The notes beneath the pieces were generated by a model. The model made no database searches. It saw only the letters and a program-made list of their open reading frames with translations, and had not been told where the DNA came from. Position numbers and translations under genes: made by a program. Of a stretch of 64,000 bases of DNA, positions 42,854 through 54,390 are shown one piece after another. Source of the stretch: Chrysomallon squamiferum (lineage: Eukaryota > Animalia > Mollusca); NCBI GenBank assembly GCA_012295275.1, contig CM022678.1:248001-312000 (forward strand). The letters are read 5' to 3'. The first letter of the stretch is position 1; each line of letters begins with the position of its first letter.

Positions 42854-45120
42854 GAAGAACAACAATAATAAATCATTACTAACTGAATAAAATAAAATGA
42901 AAAATAAATAAAAAATTAAAGTTCAGTAACAAAATAATATGCATAAAATAATTTCTTCAAGGAAACAATCATCAAGATAGACAAAAAATAGAAAATCATT
43001 ATACAACATGTAATTTACGGATCAGTGCCTTAGTCAATAGAAAAATAATTTGTCACTAACAAATCATTTGATGCAAATTATTTACAAATAAAATAAAGGT
43101 AGTTTTAAAATGTGATCACAGATTAAATCAGTTTAACTTCACACAGACAGCTCAGTGTGAAACTGATAAATGTAAACATTATTAACTAAAAGTATTTATA
43201 ATTTTGAATTTGCTTTAATAATTATTCACTATTTTGATAAATATTAATAGATAATTATAAATATTAACTAAAAATATTTCTACTTTAAACCTAAATATAC
43301 TCATTATTTAATATTTACAATTATTCAATAGATAAATGTAAACATTATTAAATAAACATATTCATAATTTAAACTTGAATTTACATTCTTATTTATAAAG
43401 TTTATAAATATTAAGCAGATTACACAGACACACACATTAACTAAAAAATATCCTTATTTTAGATTTAAACTGTTTCAGTGCTTCGTACTGGAAACTGTCC
43501 ATTACTGTCCAGTTTTGAAACTATTAATTATATAAATGTAGAAAAAATGTATTCACACTGAAATGCTTTATAAATTTTGTTACTCTATATTTTCTAATGA
43601 TAATTTAGTCAAATGTAAACATTATATCATTATATCCTAATTAGTAAGAGAAAAAAATGCAGATATTTTCTTTTTTATAACAATAGAACTAATCAAGTAA
43701 AGTAGCATTAAGAAAGAGAATATAATACATGTGTGTGTGCATATAAAATTAAATTTTACTTTAAAATACAAACATTTTATAAAATAAAAATATATAAAAA
43801 TCTGATATTAAACATTATAACACTAGTTTATTTATTATAAACATAGTAAAAATATTTTGTACTGCAGAACTATTTTATAAAATAAAAATGCACTAAACTG
43901 AAAACACCAGTTTACTCAGTAGGAACAAAGTAAAACATTCAGTTAGTATTATAGAACAATTTTGTAAAGAAAAAACTCAACTAAAAACCTTTATATAACA
44001 TTAATATACAACTTTATTTAGTTTAAACAGTAAAACATTTAGTAATTTTATAAAATAAAAAATATATATCAAAAATTTTGCATACAACATTAAAACACAA
44101 CTTTAATTATAACATCCTGTTTTACAGATATTTTCACACATGAGCAGTCTAACACAAGTAATAATCAAGTCATGAACAACAAATCTGATTTAAAAACTGT
44201 CTTGTCTTTTCACTGACTGAATAACCTAATCAAATTTAACATCAGTATTAGTATTGTTGTATTATTATCTTAACATCTTCTTGAATTGAATTGTGCAGTG
44301 TTTCAGTGAAAATTTCATAAAATACGCAGTATTACAATAATTCTTGTTACATACAAAAACAACAGACAATGATAGACTAAATATGGCAATACAAATTTGT
44401 ATAGAAACAAAAATTACACTTTAATACAATATTTGCATAAATACAATAAATAATACAACATGGTAATACAGTATTTGTATACAAACAAAAACTATACCAA
44501 ACATTAATGCAATATTTGAATATATACAATATACTTTACAAAATGGCAATGCAATATTTGTAAAGAAACAAAAATACCAACATACATTATTAATACAGTA
44601 CTTGAATAGACACAATAGACTCTACCATATGGTAATTCGTATTTGTATAGAAACAAAAACTAAACCATACAGTAACACAATAGAAACAATTTACAGTATC
44701 TAGATACACACCAGACTACACAGAATTATAGTTACACAAATCTACACTGCATTTAATTCATCACAATTTGTTTACAAATTTTATTTATAAATGTTGTCTG
44801 GCTAATGTATCAATAATTATACTTTTCAATTGAAAAGTTAAAACTGTACATAATACTTAACGCACAACTAAGTACACTGACAGAATATTACATTAAAAAT
44901 AATTACAAAAGAAACATTTCAAGATGAAAATACGCCAGAAGTCAATCTGTTTCAGGTCAAAGAAGAAAACTGCAACAGAAATTATACAGAAAATTTAAAT
45001 TTCTTTTCAACAATCATTCTGTGTATAATACTTGAAAAGGTTCTCACGAGGTAATCTTCCACATAAAAGTGACAATCTGTGTACATTGAAAAGTTCAGGT
45101 GTTTCTATATGAAAATTTAT

Positions 45121-45416
45121 TTATCTGTTAGTGTCTTTTTCTAACAATGAAATCTGCACCTAACACCTGCAAAATGAAGAGTTATCCCTTGAATGTTTTC
45201 AAAATTTACATCGAAACCTTTTTGAAGCAGTTCTGTCAAAATTTCTATATAATGTTCAGTTGGTAGCTATGAAACAGAACTGTTATCACTCTCAGTTAAG
45301 TTAGGATCAGCTCCTTGTTCCAATAAATAAAAAAAAGCACTTTCTTCTGTTGACACTTAACACCTCTAAAATGAAGTTTCACCTCAAAAGATTTAAAAAT
45401 TTACATCAAAACCTTT
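45121..45416 (-). pseudogene. Decayed terminal ankyrin repeats of gene B, downstream of the current stop
   Basis: The minus strand continues TGA AAA GGT TTT GAT GTA AAT...GGT GAA ACT...GGA GCT GAT CCT AAC TTA with several stops. It ends GAC ACT AAC AGA TAA, matching the gene A end GAC AGT TAT AGA TAA. Confidence 0.8.
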
Positions 45417-47618
45417 TCAAAACAGTCCCATCAAAATGTCTATGTACGGTTCACTTGATAGGTATAAAAGAGAACTGTTATCACTGTCAGTTAAATTAGG
45501 ATCAGCTCCATGTTCCAGTAAATATGAAACTACTTGGTTAAATCCATACCGATCAGCTGCAAACAGAGGAGTTTCACCTCTACAGTTTCTAATATTTACA
45601 TCTACAGCTTTTTCAATCAGTGCTGTCACAATTTCTATATATCCTTGTTTGGCTGCCAGGTATAAAACAGAATTGTTATTATTGTCTGTTAAATTAGGAT
45701 CAGCTCCATGTTCCAGTAAATAAAAAACTACTTGGTATTTTGTATCTTTTGGAAATGGATTCAGAACAAATTCATCATCATCAAAATAAAGAGCTGTAAA
45801 CAGAGGAGTTTCACCTCTATTGTTTATAACATTTACATCAACACCTTTTTCAATCAGTGCTGTCACAATTTCAATACTTTTTTTTTTAGCTGCTAGGTGT
45901 AAAACAGAATTGTTATTATTGTCTGTTAAATTAGGATCAGCTCCATGTTCTAGTAAATGAAAAACTACATTGTTCTCATGAGAGTACAGATTTGAATATT
46001 TGGAAAACTGATATTGGTAGCAACTGAGAGCTGTAAAAAGAGGAGTTTCACCTCGAATGTTTTGAACATTTACATCAACACCTTTTTCAATCAGTGCTGT
46101 CACAATTTCTATATTTCCACGATTAGATGTTCTGTGTAAAACAGAATTGTTATCATTGTCTGTTACATTAGGATTAGCTCCGTGTTCTAGTAAATAAAAA
46201 ACTATTTGACTTTTTTCATCGTTAAAAGATAGATCAAATTCAAGTTCACCATAATTAACAACTGTAAACAGAGGAGTTTCACCTCTACTGTTTTGAACAT
46301 TTACATCAACACTTTTTTCAATCAGTGCTGTCACAATTTCTTTATTTCCTTGTTTAGCCACTAGGTGTAAAACAGAGTTGTTATCATTGTCTGTTAAATT
46401 AGGATCAGCTCCATGTTCTAGTAAATAAAAAACTATTTGACATTTTTCATTATTAAGAGATGGATCAAATTCATGTTCACCATAATTAACAACTGTAAAA
46501 AGAGGAGTTTCATCTCTACAGTTTCTAATATTTACATCTACACCTTTAACAATCAGTGCTGTCACAATTTCTATGTTTCCTTGTTCAGCTGCTAGGTGTA
46601 AAACAGAATTGTTATCATTGTCTGTTAAATTAGGATCAGCTCCATGTTCCAGTAAATAAAAAACTACTTTGTTCTGAACACAGAATGCATCTGAAGGTTT
46701 GCAGAAATGATATTTGTAGTAACTGAGAGCTGTAACAAGAGGAGTTTCACCATGAATGTCTTGAACATTTATATCAACACCTTTTTCACCCAGTGCTGTC
46801 ACAATTTCTATATTTCCATTTGCAGCTGCTAGGTGTAAAACAGAATGGTTATCATTGTCTGTTATATCAGGATCAGCTCCATGTTCCAGTAAATACAAAG
46901 ATACTTTGTTCTGTGCATACTTAACAGCTGTAAAAAGAGCAGTTTTACCTCTATAGTTTCTAATATTTACATCAACACCTTTTTCAATCAATGCTGTCAC
47001 AATTTCTATATTTCCATGTTCAGCTGCTAGGTGTAAAACAGAGTTGTTATAATTGTCTGTTAATTTAGGATCAGCTCCATGTTCCAGTAAATAAAAAACT
47101 AGTTTCTGCCTGTCAGAGTTCATATTTTTACGTTCCATGAAATCATATTTGTGATTAATAGCTTTAACAAGAGGAGTTTCACCTCTACTATTTTTATCAT
47201 TTACATGAACACCTTTTTCAATCAGTGCTGTCACAATTTCTATATTTCTGTGTTCAGCTGCTAGGTGTAAAACAGAGTTGTTATCATTGTCTGTTAAATT
47301 AGGATCAGCTCCATGTTCCAGTAAATACAAAGATACTTTGTTCTGTGCATACTTAACAGCTGTAAAAAGAGCAGTTTCCCCACTTCTGTCTTTAATATTC
47401 ACATCAAAATCTTTTTCAATCAGTGATGTCACAATTTCTATATTTCCATGTTCAGCTGCAACTTGTAACACAGAACCATTATAGTTGCCTGTTAAATTAG
47501 GATCAGCTCCAAGCTGAAATAAATGTAAACTTGCTTCACATTTTTCATCATTCAGATATGGATCAATATCATAATTAAGTGCTGTAAAAAGAGGTATTTC
47601 ACTTTGGTTAATTTTACT
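45417..47618 (-). CDS. Gene B large exon, distal part: ~20 ankyrin repeats in alternating A/B pairs (733 aa)
   Basis: Open frame of GETPLFTA..VVFYLLEHGADPNLTD / NNSVLHLAA..GNIEIVTALIEKGVDVN units. The first 10 aa of the track ORF derive from the transposon TIR and TSD. Confidence 0.93.
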   Translation of the reverse strand, partial: SKINQSEIPLFTALNYDIDPYLNDEKCEASLHLFQLGADPNLTGNYNGSVLQVAAEHGNIEIVTSLIEKDFDVNIKDRSGETALFTAVKYAQNKVSLYLLEHGADPNLTDNDNNSVLHLAAEHRNIEIVTALIEKGVHVNDKNSRGETPLVKAINHKYDFMERKNMNSDRQKLVFYLLEHGADPKLTDNYNNSVLHLAAEHGNIEIVTALIEKGVDVNIRNYRGKTALFTAVKYAQNKVSLYLLEHGADPDITDNDNHSVLHLAAANGNIEIVTALGEKGVDINVQDIHGETPLVTALSYYKYHFCKPSDAFCVQNKVVFYLLEHGADPNLTDNDNNSVLHLAAEQGNIEIVTALIVKGVDVNIRNCRDETPLFTVVNYGEHEFDPSLNNEKCQIVFYLLEHGADPNLTDNDNNSVLHLVAKQGNKEIVTALIEKSVDVNVQNSRGETPLFTVVNYGELEFDLSFNDEKSQIVFYLLEHGANPNVTDNDNNSVLHRTSNRGNIEIVTALIEKGVDVNVQNIRGETPLFTALSCYQYQFSKYSNLYSHENNVVFHLLEHGADPNLTDNNNNSVLHLAAKKKSIEIVTALIEKGVDVNVINNRGETPLFTALYFDDDEFVLNPFPKDTKYQVVFYLLEHGADPNLTDNNNNSVLYLAAKQGYIEIVTALIEKAVDVNIRNCRGETPLFAADRYGFNQVVSYLLEHGADPNLTDSDNSSLLYLSSEPYIDILMGLF

Positions 47619-47622
47619 AGTT

Positions 47623-48255
47623 GGGTCATTCCGTGTCAAATCACCCAAAAAAAAAAGAAATTTAAACCCGACCGTCTCAGATTTTTATGAAACTTGGTAT
47701 ACTTGTTGACTGGGATCCCACAGCACCAAATCTGAAATGTTAGCTCAATCAGACCAGTGGTGTGGGAGATACGGCCCACCGAATTTTGAGATTTTTGCCA
47801 AAAATGGGTGTGACCACCAACCTTAGAACCCTCATATCTCAGGAACTACTGGGCCAATCTTCATAAAATTGGTATTGTTAGAAAGGCAAAATGACAAGGA
47901 TACCAAATCTGCCATTTTTGTTTAGTTTCGAAAATACTGGAGTACCTTGACCTTTTGACCTTTGCTATGACCTTGAAATTGACCGTGTGGATCACGTGAT
48001 CTTGAGATAACCTTTATTGAAATGTAATCTCCCACATGTTAACTAAAACATATAAAAGTTTCCTGGGTGTAATATTTTTTGTTTAGCCACAATATAGATT
48101 TAAAAAATGCACATACATGAAAATAACACCTTTTCAGCCATTAACATCTGATTAACTAAAACCTGAATGATCAATTCTGGATGCTAGGGATCACCATCTT
48201 TCTTGATCATCGAGTAAGACATTGTAGGCCTACATGTATGCATAAAGTTCACATA
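47623..48255 (+). repeat. Left terminal inverted repeat (633 bp)
   Basis: Reverse complement of 49850-50473 with only a handful of substitutions and one indel (47649-47660). Confidence 0.95.
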
Positions 48256-48699
48256 AATTTGAGAAAACTAGGTGTTTCTGATGCTTAACCTTCTCACTAT
48301 GTTTGTTTCAAATGCTCACTGTATCCTTCATTCCCAGACACATTCTACTGTTCTCATCACTTTCATAAAATTGGATTATTTCCTCCTTCAATTCATTGTC
48401 CTTTCAATGGTAAAGGGTGACAAAATCAAGATTTGCACACGCTCTGGGTAGGATTCAGAATTAACATGTCATTTTAATGTTACTGTAGCTGATGCTAGTT
48501 TTTTTTCTGTCCTTTCATTCATTTACTGGAATGTGCTAGAGAATGGAGTTTGACAGGAGTTTCGCCTAAACTCGACAGAATAGAATTCAAATCAAAGTCC
48601 TTTTCTGGGGAAACAACAACCAGCGGTTTGTCTGGCAAGTTATCACCAAATTCTCCCATTGTAATACCACCATCCTAAAGCCATCCTCTGCAGGACCTT

Positions 48700-49017
48700 T
48701 GATTTCTGAAGGGTAATCAGACAGTCACAGCACAACTTGTCTCCTGGCACTAGTGTCTTTGGAGGATTTACTAAGCATTTGTAAGTGCCCATGCTAACAA
48801 TTCTTAAAGATCTAGTGCGTGCTTGCTCAGGGTGGTGATTAAGGGGATCACAACGTTTTTCTGCAATGTTGAAAATTTGATGAAAAGTTCTTGTTCGTGA
48901 TACTCTTGATGTCCCGTGTTTTGATCCCACTTCAAAGAGTGAGGAGTTCGACTTCCTCAGTTTTCCATACACTTCGCAACAACTCCTTTTTGATATGATG
49001 GTGTTGATAACACACAT
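48700..49017 (-). pseudogene. Decayed transposase N-terminal Cys/His-rich fragment
   Basis: Across frameshifts: EVELLTL*SGI..YHEQELFIKFSTLQK / RCDPLNHH..RSLRIVS..LVPGDKLCCDC. This resembles the (C)CDPF..H..LR..PG.KLC..C motif I recall from Sola2-type transposases. No DDD catalytic core is visible. Confidence 0.55.
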
Positions 49018-49849
49018 TTTCAGGAGAGTTAAAGCTGCAGTTAGCCCTGGACGAAATAAGGATTTTCAGTATTGGCCTGCACCTTCAATTCAATAGAACA
49101 AAGTCAGTGCTTTCCTAAATATTAAATTAAATCCTGAAACCCTTTCAGTAAAGTTAAGCAGGTCATAAAATGGCAGCAGAGTACATGTGTTATTGCCAAA
49201 GGCCCACAAGTCTTGGGCATTTATGTCAATCTTCTCAAGTATAAATCACAGTTTATTAAGGTGAAGTAGACCTTGTTCATACTCTGTGCCGAAGACTGGG
49301 TGTACAAATACATTATGCAGTACATCACTTGATGACGTTTGATTTCAGACTGGGTTGTACTGTTGTTGACTGAAACCTTGTTCAAAGCCAATGGCAAGGC
49401 CCACATGACATGATAAAATTACTTAATAGGTTTTATGAAATAAAAATATTGTTTATATATCAACATCTGACATTGTGTCCAACTTAAAAAGCTTCAGATT
49501 GTCAAAGAAATGCAGATGAAGAAACTTTTTTGTCTTAAACTTCTAATTGCCATGTGCTCAATGGGGATTGCATCAGGGAATCTAAAGGAGTTCCTGACCT
49601 GTCTGAAGCATCACTTCCTGTTAACCCTTTGAGCCTGACTGTGTAGAACATGTCATGCCATTTGGCATCTTTTCATATCCTTCAGGCATTCCTTCAGACA
49701 TGTCAGGTGGGTTTTAACTCCAAAGATAAGTTTTTAGTCTCAGAGAAAATGTACATTGTAATGCATTGTATCAATCATCCATGCAGGTATGCATTTTTTT
49801 AAATCTCTATTATGGCTAAACAAAAAATATTATACCCAGGAAACTTTTA

Positions 49850-50473
49850 TATGTGAACTTTATGCATACATGTAGGCCTACAATGTCTTACTCGATGATC
49901 AAGAGAGATGGTGATTCCTAGCATCCAGAATTGATCATTCAGGTTTTAGTTAATCAGATGTTAATGGCTGAAAAGGTGTTATTTTCATGTATGTGCATTT
50001 TTTAAATCTATATTGTGGCTAAACAAAAAATATTACACCCAGGAAACTTTTATATGTTTTAGTTAACATGTGGGAGATTAAATTTCAATAAAGGTCATCT
50101 CAAGATCACGTGATCCACACGGTCAATTTCAAGGTCATAGCAAAGGTCAAAAGGTCAAGGTACTCCAATATTTTCCAAACTAAACAAAAATGGCAGATTT
50201 GGTATCCTTGTCATTTTGCCTTTCTAACAATACCAATTTTATGAAGATTGGCCCAGTAGTTCCTAAGATATGAGGGTTCTAAGGTTGGTGGTCACACCCA
50301 TTTTTGGCAAAAATCTCAAAATTCGGTGGGCCGTATCTCCCACACCACTGGTCTGATTGAGCTAACATTTCAGATTTGGTGCTGTGGGATCCCAGTCAAC
50401 AAGTATACCAAGTTTCATAAAAATCTGAGACGGTCGGGTTTAAACCATTGGGTGATTTGACACGGAATGACCC
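49850..50473 (-). repeat. Right terminal inverted repeat (624 bp)
   Basis: See left TIR. Confidence 0.95.
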
Positions 50474-53349
50474 AGTTACATCGAAACATTTTTCAATCAG
50501 TCCTGTCACAGTTTCTAGATTTCCATTTTTAGCTGCTTGGTGTGAATTGTTATCATTGTCTGTTAAATTCGGATCAGATCCTTGTTTTAGTAAATATAAA
50601 GGTACTTCCAGTCTTTTATCAGTAAGAGGAGTTTCTTCTTTTTTGTTAATTACATTTATATCAACACCCTTTTTTATTAATTCCTTCACCACATCTTTGT
50701 CAATTTGAGATGCTATGTGCAATGCTGAATTCTTTTGTTTATCTGTTATGTTAATATCAGCACCACTTTCCAGTAACAACAAAGCTATTTCCTTTCTGTG
50801 TGTCACTGCTTTTGCAGCTTCATGAAGTGGAGTTCTTCCCTCACTGTTTACTGCATTAACATCAGCATTTCTCTCTATCAGTGATTTTAATATATCCAAG
50901 TCACCACGCAGAACTGAAATGTGGAGGGGTAAATCTGAAGGCAACAATTTCAAACTAGGTTTATCTTCAAAAAGCTGTTCCAATGCAGTTTTATCATCAC
51001 AAAACAGATTCAAACCAGTTTTATCATCAGACAACAGTTTTAATTTAGTTTTCTCTTCAAAGAACTGGATCAGTTTCTCTTTAACAGCAACATTCACATT
51101 AGGATCAGCACCTTTACCAAGAAGACACTGAACAACATCTGCACTGTTAAACATTACTGCTACTTTCAGTACTTCACCTTTCTTCCAGTTGTTCTCATCT
51201 GTATCATTACCTATGTGGTCAATGAGAAAATTCACTGTGTCAGTAGATCCCCACATAGCTGTTGCTAAAAGTACTTTCTCTCTGTTCTCATCATTTATAC
51301 AATCTGGTTTCAGTTTTACTATTTCTCTTATAACACTTGAAGTACTCTGACCAGCAGCAATGATAGCAATGTCTTTATTTTTATTCATTATATCAATGGT
51401 AACCAGTTTCTTAAAAAGATGGCTTACATCCACAGCTTTAATAGTCTCTGACTTTTCCAAATACCTGTCAAATGCCATATGACCTGTGTCATTTAACATA
51501 AGTCTTACTTCTCTAAGAAACCTAACCAGTAACAGTTTCACAGCTTCTTGCTTTATTTCACTGTTGTTTTTCTCTTTGTTTATCATTTCAGCCAACAGAC
51601 AGGCAATGTTCATGTTACCTGAACAAATAGAAATATGTAACAAATGAGAACACACATTCAGTTTCATGTCCTTTTTACACTGAAACAGTTCTTTGAGTAC
51701 GGTAGCACTGTCTGTTTTTGAACAAGCAGCTGCAGTCAGTGTATCAAATGTTGGTGTAACACCTGATTTTAGCAACATTCTCACAATATCTTCATCACCA
51801 AACAAACAAGAAATATCCAAAAGTTCTTTTTTCAAACACGTTAGTTTCATTTTACACAGATTTGATGTGAAATATCTTGACAATGTTCTTAGTCCATTCA
51901 CAACACACTCACTTGCAACAGATAATGAAAATTTAAAATTTTGTTCAACTTTCAAATACCAGATGTTATTAGAATAAAACTTTGAATCCTCTCCAAGAAG
52001 ATATGAAATATTTTGAAATATTTCCTTAGCAGTGTTTACATCTACAAATGATATATAATTATAACTATTTTCATTATTTGTATATTGTCTTTCATGCAGA
52101 ATTATAGACAACCTATCATAAAAGTTTTTTTCCTCTATCAGATATTTTAGAAACTCTTCATCTTTCAGTGATGGATGTGAAATAATTGTTCTTGCATCTG
52201 ATGCCAGCAGGTCAGTAAATCTGCGAGCAAGAAAACTGAAACAGTCAGGTCTCACAGTCATTGTAATGTGACTTTTGTTAGACACTCCAGGTGTAACAAC
52301 ATATTCTAACAACATGGAGACAGGACACACTTCTAGCAACTCTGCTGCTTTCTTTGGAAACTTTGATGAAAACATCAGAAACAAACAGTCAAACACAGAC
52401 TGGTGAATAAATGTGTATTTATTGTCATAACACATTAAATAGGTGCCACACATTTCATCAGCTGTTTTCTTTATTTTTGTGAGACCAGTGTTTTTTACAC
52501 TCTGACAGGCTTGCTCTAGCAGTCTTACTAATTTCATTATGTCACTGTCAGAGTCATTTTCAGATGGATCCAGTGAATCAATGCTGAGACTGCCTTCTTT
52601 GAACAAAATCAGCAGTAGAACCAGGTAATTGACCTGTAAAGTTTTGTCTTTTTTCAAATTTTCCAGCTGCAGTGTCAAATATTCTACAGGTTTCATAAAA
52701 AATTCAACTCCTCTTTTCTGTGCATCACTTGAATTAACATAAAACACACACACCTGAGGAAATCCTAACTGTGTACATGAACTTTTAATGACAGTCATTT
52801 TATCAGTTTCATCCATCTGAACATCCTTTTGTTTGAGATATTTGTTTAGAATTTCTTCCTTTTCATCATAATTCAGACAAGAGTGATAACTCTGGAGATC
52901 AAGAACATGATTCTCATTAAGCAGGTCAGATTCCTTCAAACTAGTTTCACTTTCTGAATATATTTGTTTTCTTAAAGAAATAATACATTTCAAAGAACCA
53001 ACATGAACAAGACTCCATATCTCTGGAAATTTCTGTTTCCATGAGTCTCTAAAATGTGAAACAAGATTAGTCTTACCAAATATATCATCAATTAGAACAA
53101 CATATTTCTTATTTCTAGATAGAGAGATGTCACTGAATTCAGAGTGATGAGTCAGCAAGTAAGATTCTCTTTTTTCTTCTTTTTCTATCTGTTTCATCAT
53201 GCTCAAAGCAAGAGTTGTCTTTCCTGAACCTGGACATCCTACCACAATGACAACACCATGCTTCTTCAAAAGTGCAACACCTCTTTCCTCTGCTCTTGTT
53301 TCAACATAGACTCTCCAGTCAACTGAGTTTAACACTGACCTGGTACACT
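50474..53349 (-). CDS. Gene B large exon, proximal part: nSTAND3-type NTPase plus first ankyrin repeats
   Basis: Acceptor tgatacag| identical to gene A; Walker A GCPGSGKT, Walker B VVLIDDIFG, GFP and FIHQS. The last 25 aa of the track ORF (GSFRVKSP...) are read-through into the TIR. Confidence 0.92.
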
Positions 53350-53635
53350 CTGTATCACAGCATTAAATAAAAACAAAATAAATAATGTATAATTAATTGC
53401 TTAGACCATATTTTACTATTCATATATAAATAATATAATTTTTACTAGTCATTAGATATGAAGTTTTTACAACAAAAAAAATTCAGTAATTTGTTGTTAT
53501 AATTTTTGTTCATCAAAATTTAATGAAGATAAGATGTGACAATTTCAGATGGTGTAAAAGTAACAAGATGATTATCTTTGAAAACTATACAAATAATAAT
53601 AATAATAATAAAAATAATAATAATAAAAATAATAC

Positions 53636-53668
53636 CTTTGATACTGGATACTCGTCCACCAGTCTTTG
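53636..53668 (-). CDS. Gene B 33-nt phase-1 microexon (KTGGRVSSIK)
   Basis: atttcag|CAAAGACTGGTGGA...ATCAAAG|gtatt; homologous to 30831-30863. Confidence 0.75.
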
Positions 53669-54291
53669 CTGAAATATTATAAAAATAAAATAAGTTTGTG
53701 TTATTGATGATGAGTAAAAGAAATGATGAAACTGATCTGTACAACTACTCTGTACTTTATTCAGGGAACTGTTAACACATAACATTATTATTATACCTTC
53801 GTTATCTATTTTACTGTAATTATTACTACTATTATTAAAACTACTGATGTTTTTTTTTATCACTATTGTTATTTCATTATTGTTATTGTTGAATTTATTA
53901 TTACAATTATAATTATTATTATTTTTATTAGCATTATTACTATTATGCTTATGATTATGATTATTATTATTATTATGTTCTTTGAACTGTATTTCAGTAT
54001 TTAGAAGTGATAAAAATGAGATATAATCATATATTGGCTTGTTTAATTTATGTTGAATGATCTTAATAAGACAATCTAGATAAGAGTGACAATATTTGTA
54101 ATGTATGTATGTATGCGTTTGTGTATGTATGTGTCTGTGTATGTATGTGTATGTACTGTGTATGTGTATGTATGTGTTTGTGTACATTTCTGTGTTGTTC
54201 AGATGTGATAGAAAAGTACAGACTACTGTGACATGTATTTTGTTATCTATTGAACAGGCAGAGAAAAGAAAACTTTTAATTTTTATCTTAC

Positions 54292-54390
54292 CAGTTTGAA
54301 AAGTTTGTTTCCTTTCCTTAGGATTATTTTCATTATATTGCTTTTGTCTCCTAATATAAAATTTCTACAGTGAGAAATATTTACTGTCAC
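54292..54390 (-). pseudogene. Gene B RHIM-like exon (VTVNISHCRNFILGDK...), apparently damaged; 5' boundary uncertain
   Basis: Donor AAACTG|gtaaga syntenic with gene A AAACTA|gtaagt. The motif frame has a TGA immediately upstream (54393-54391) and is 1 nt out of phase with the donor (A4 run at 54342-54345). Confidence 0.55.

Larger units (their letters stand above)
47623..50473. mobile_element. 2,851-bp non-autonomous DNA transposon, Sola2-like
   Basis: Termini GGGTCATTCCGTGTCAAATCACCCAA...TTGGGTGATTTGACACGGAATGACCC; 4-bp TSD AGTT (47619-47622 and 50474-50477); long TIRs. 5'-GRG termini, a 4-bp TSD and long TIRs are Sola2 hallmarks; the superfamily call is from recall. Confidence 0.9.

Noticed and set aside
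50396-50473. C-terminus GSFRVKSPNGLNPTVSDFYETWYTC and N-terminus MGDLTRNDP as native protein ends
   Set aside because: Both are translations of the transposon TIR.
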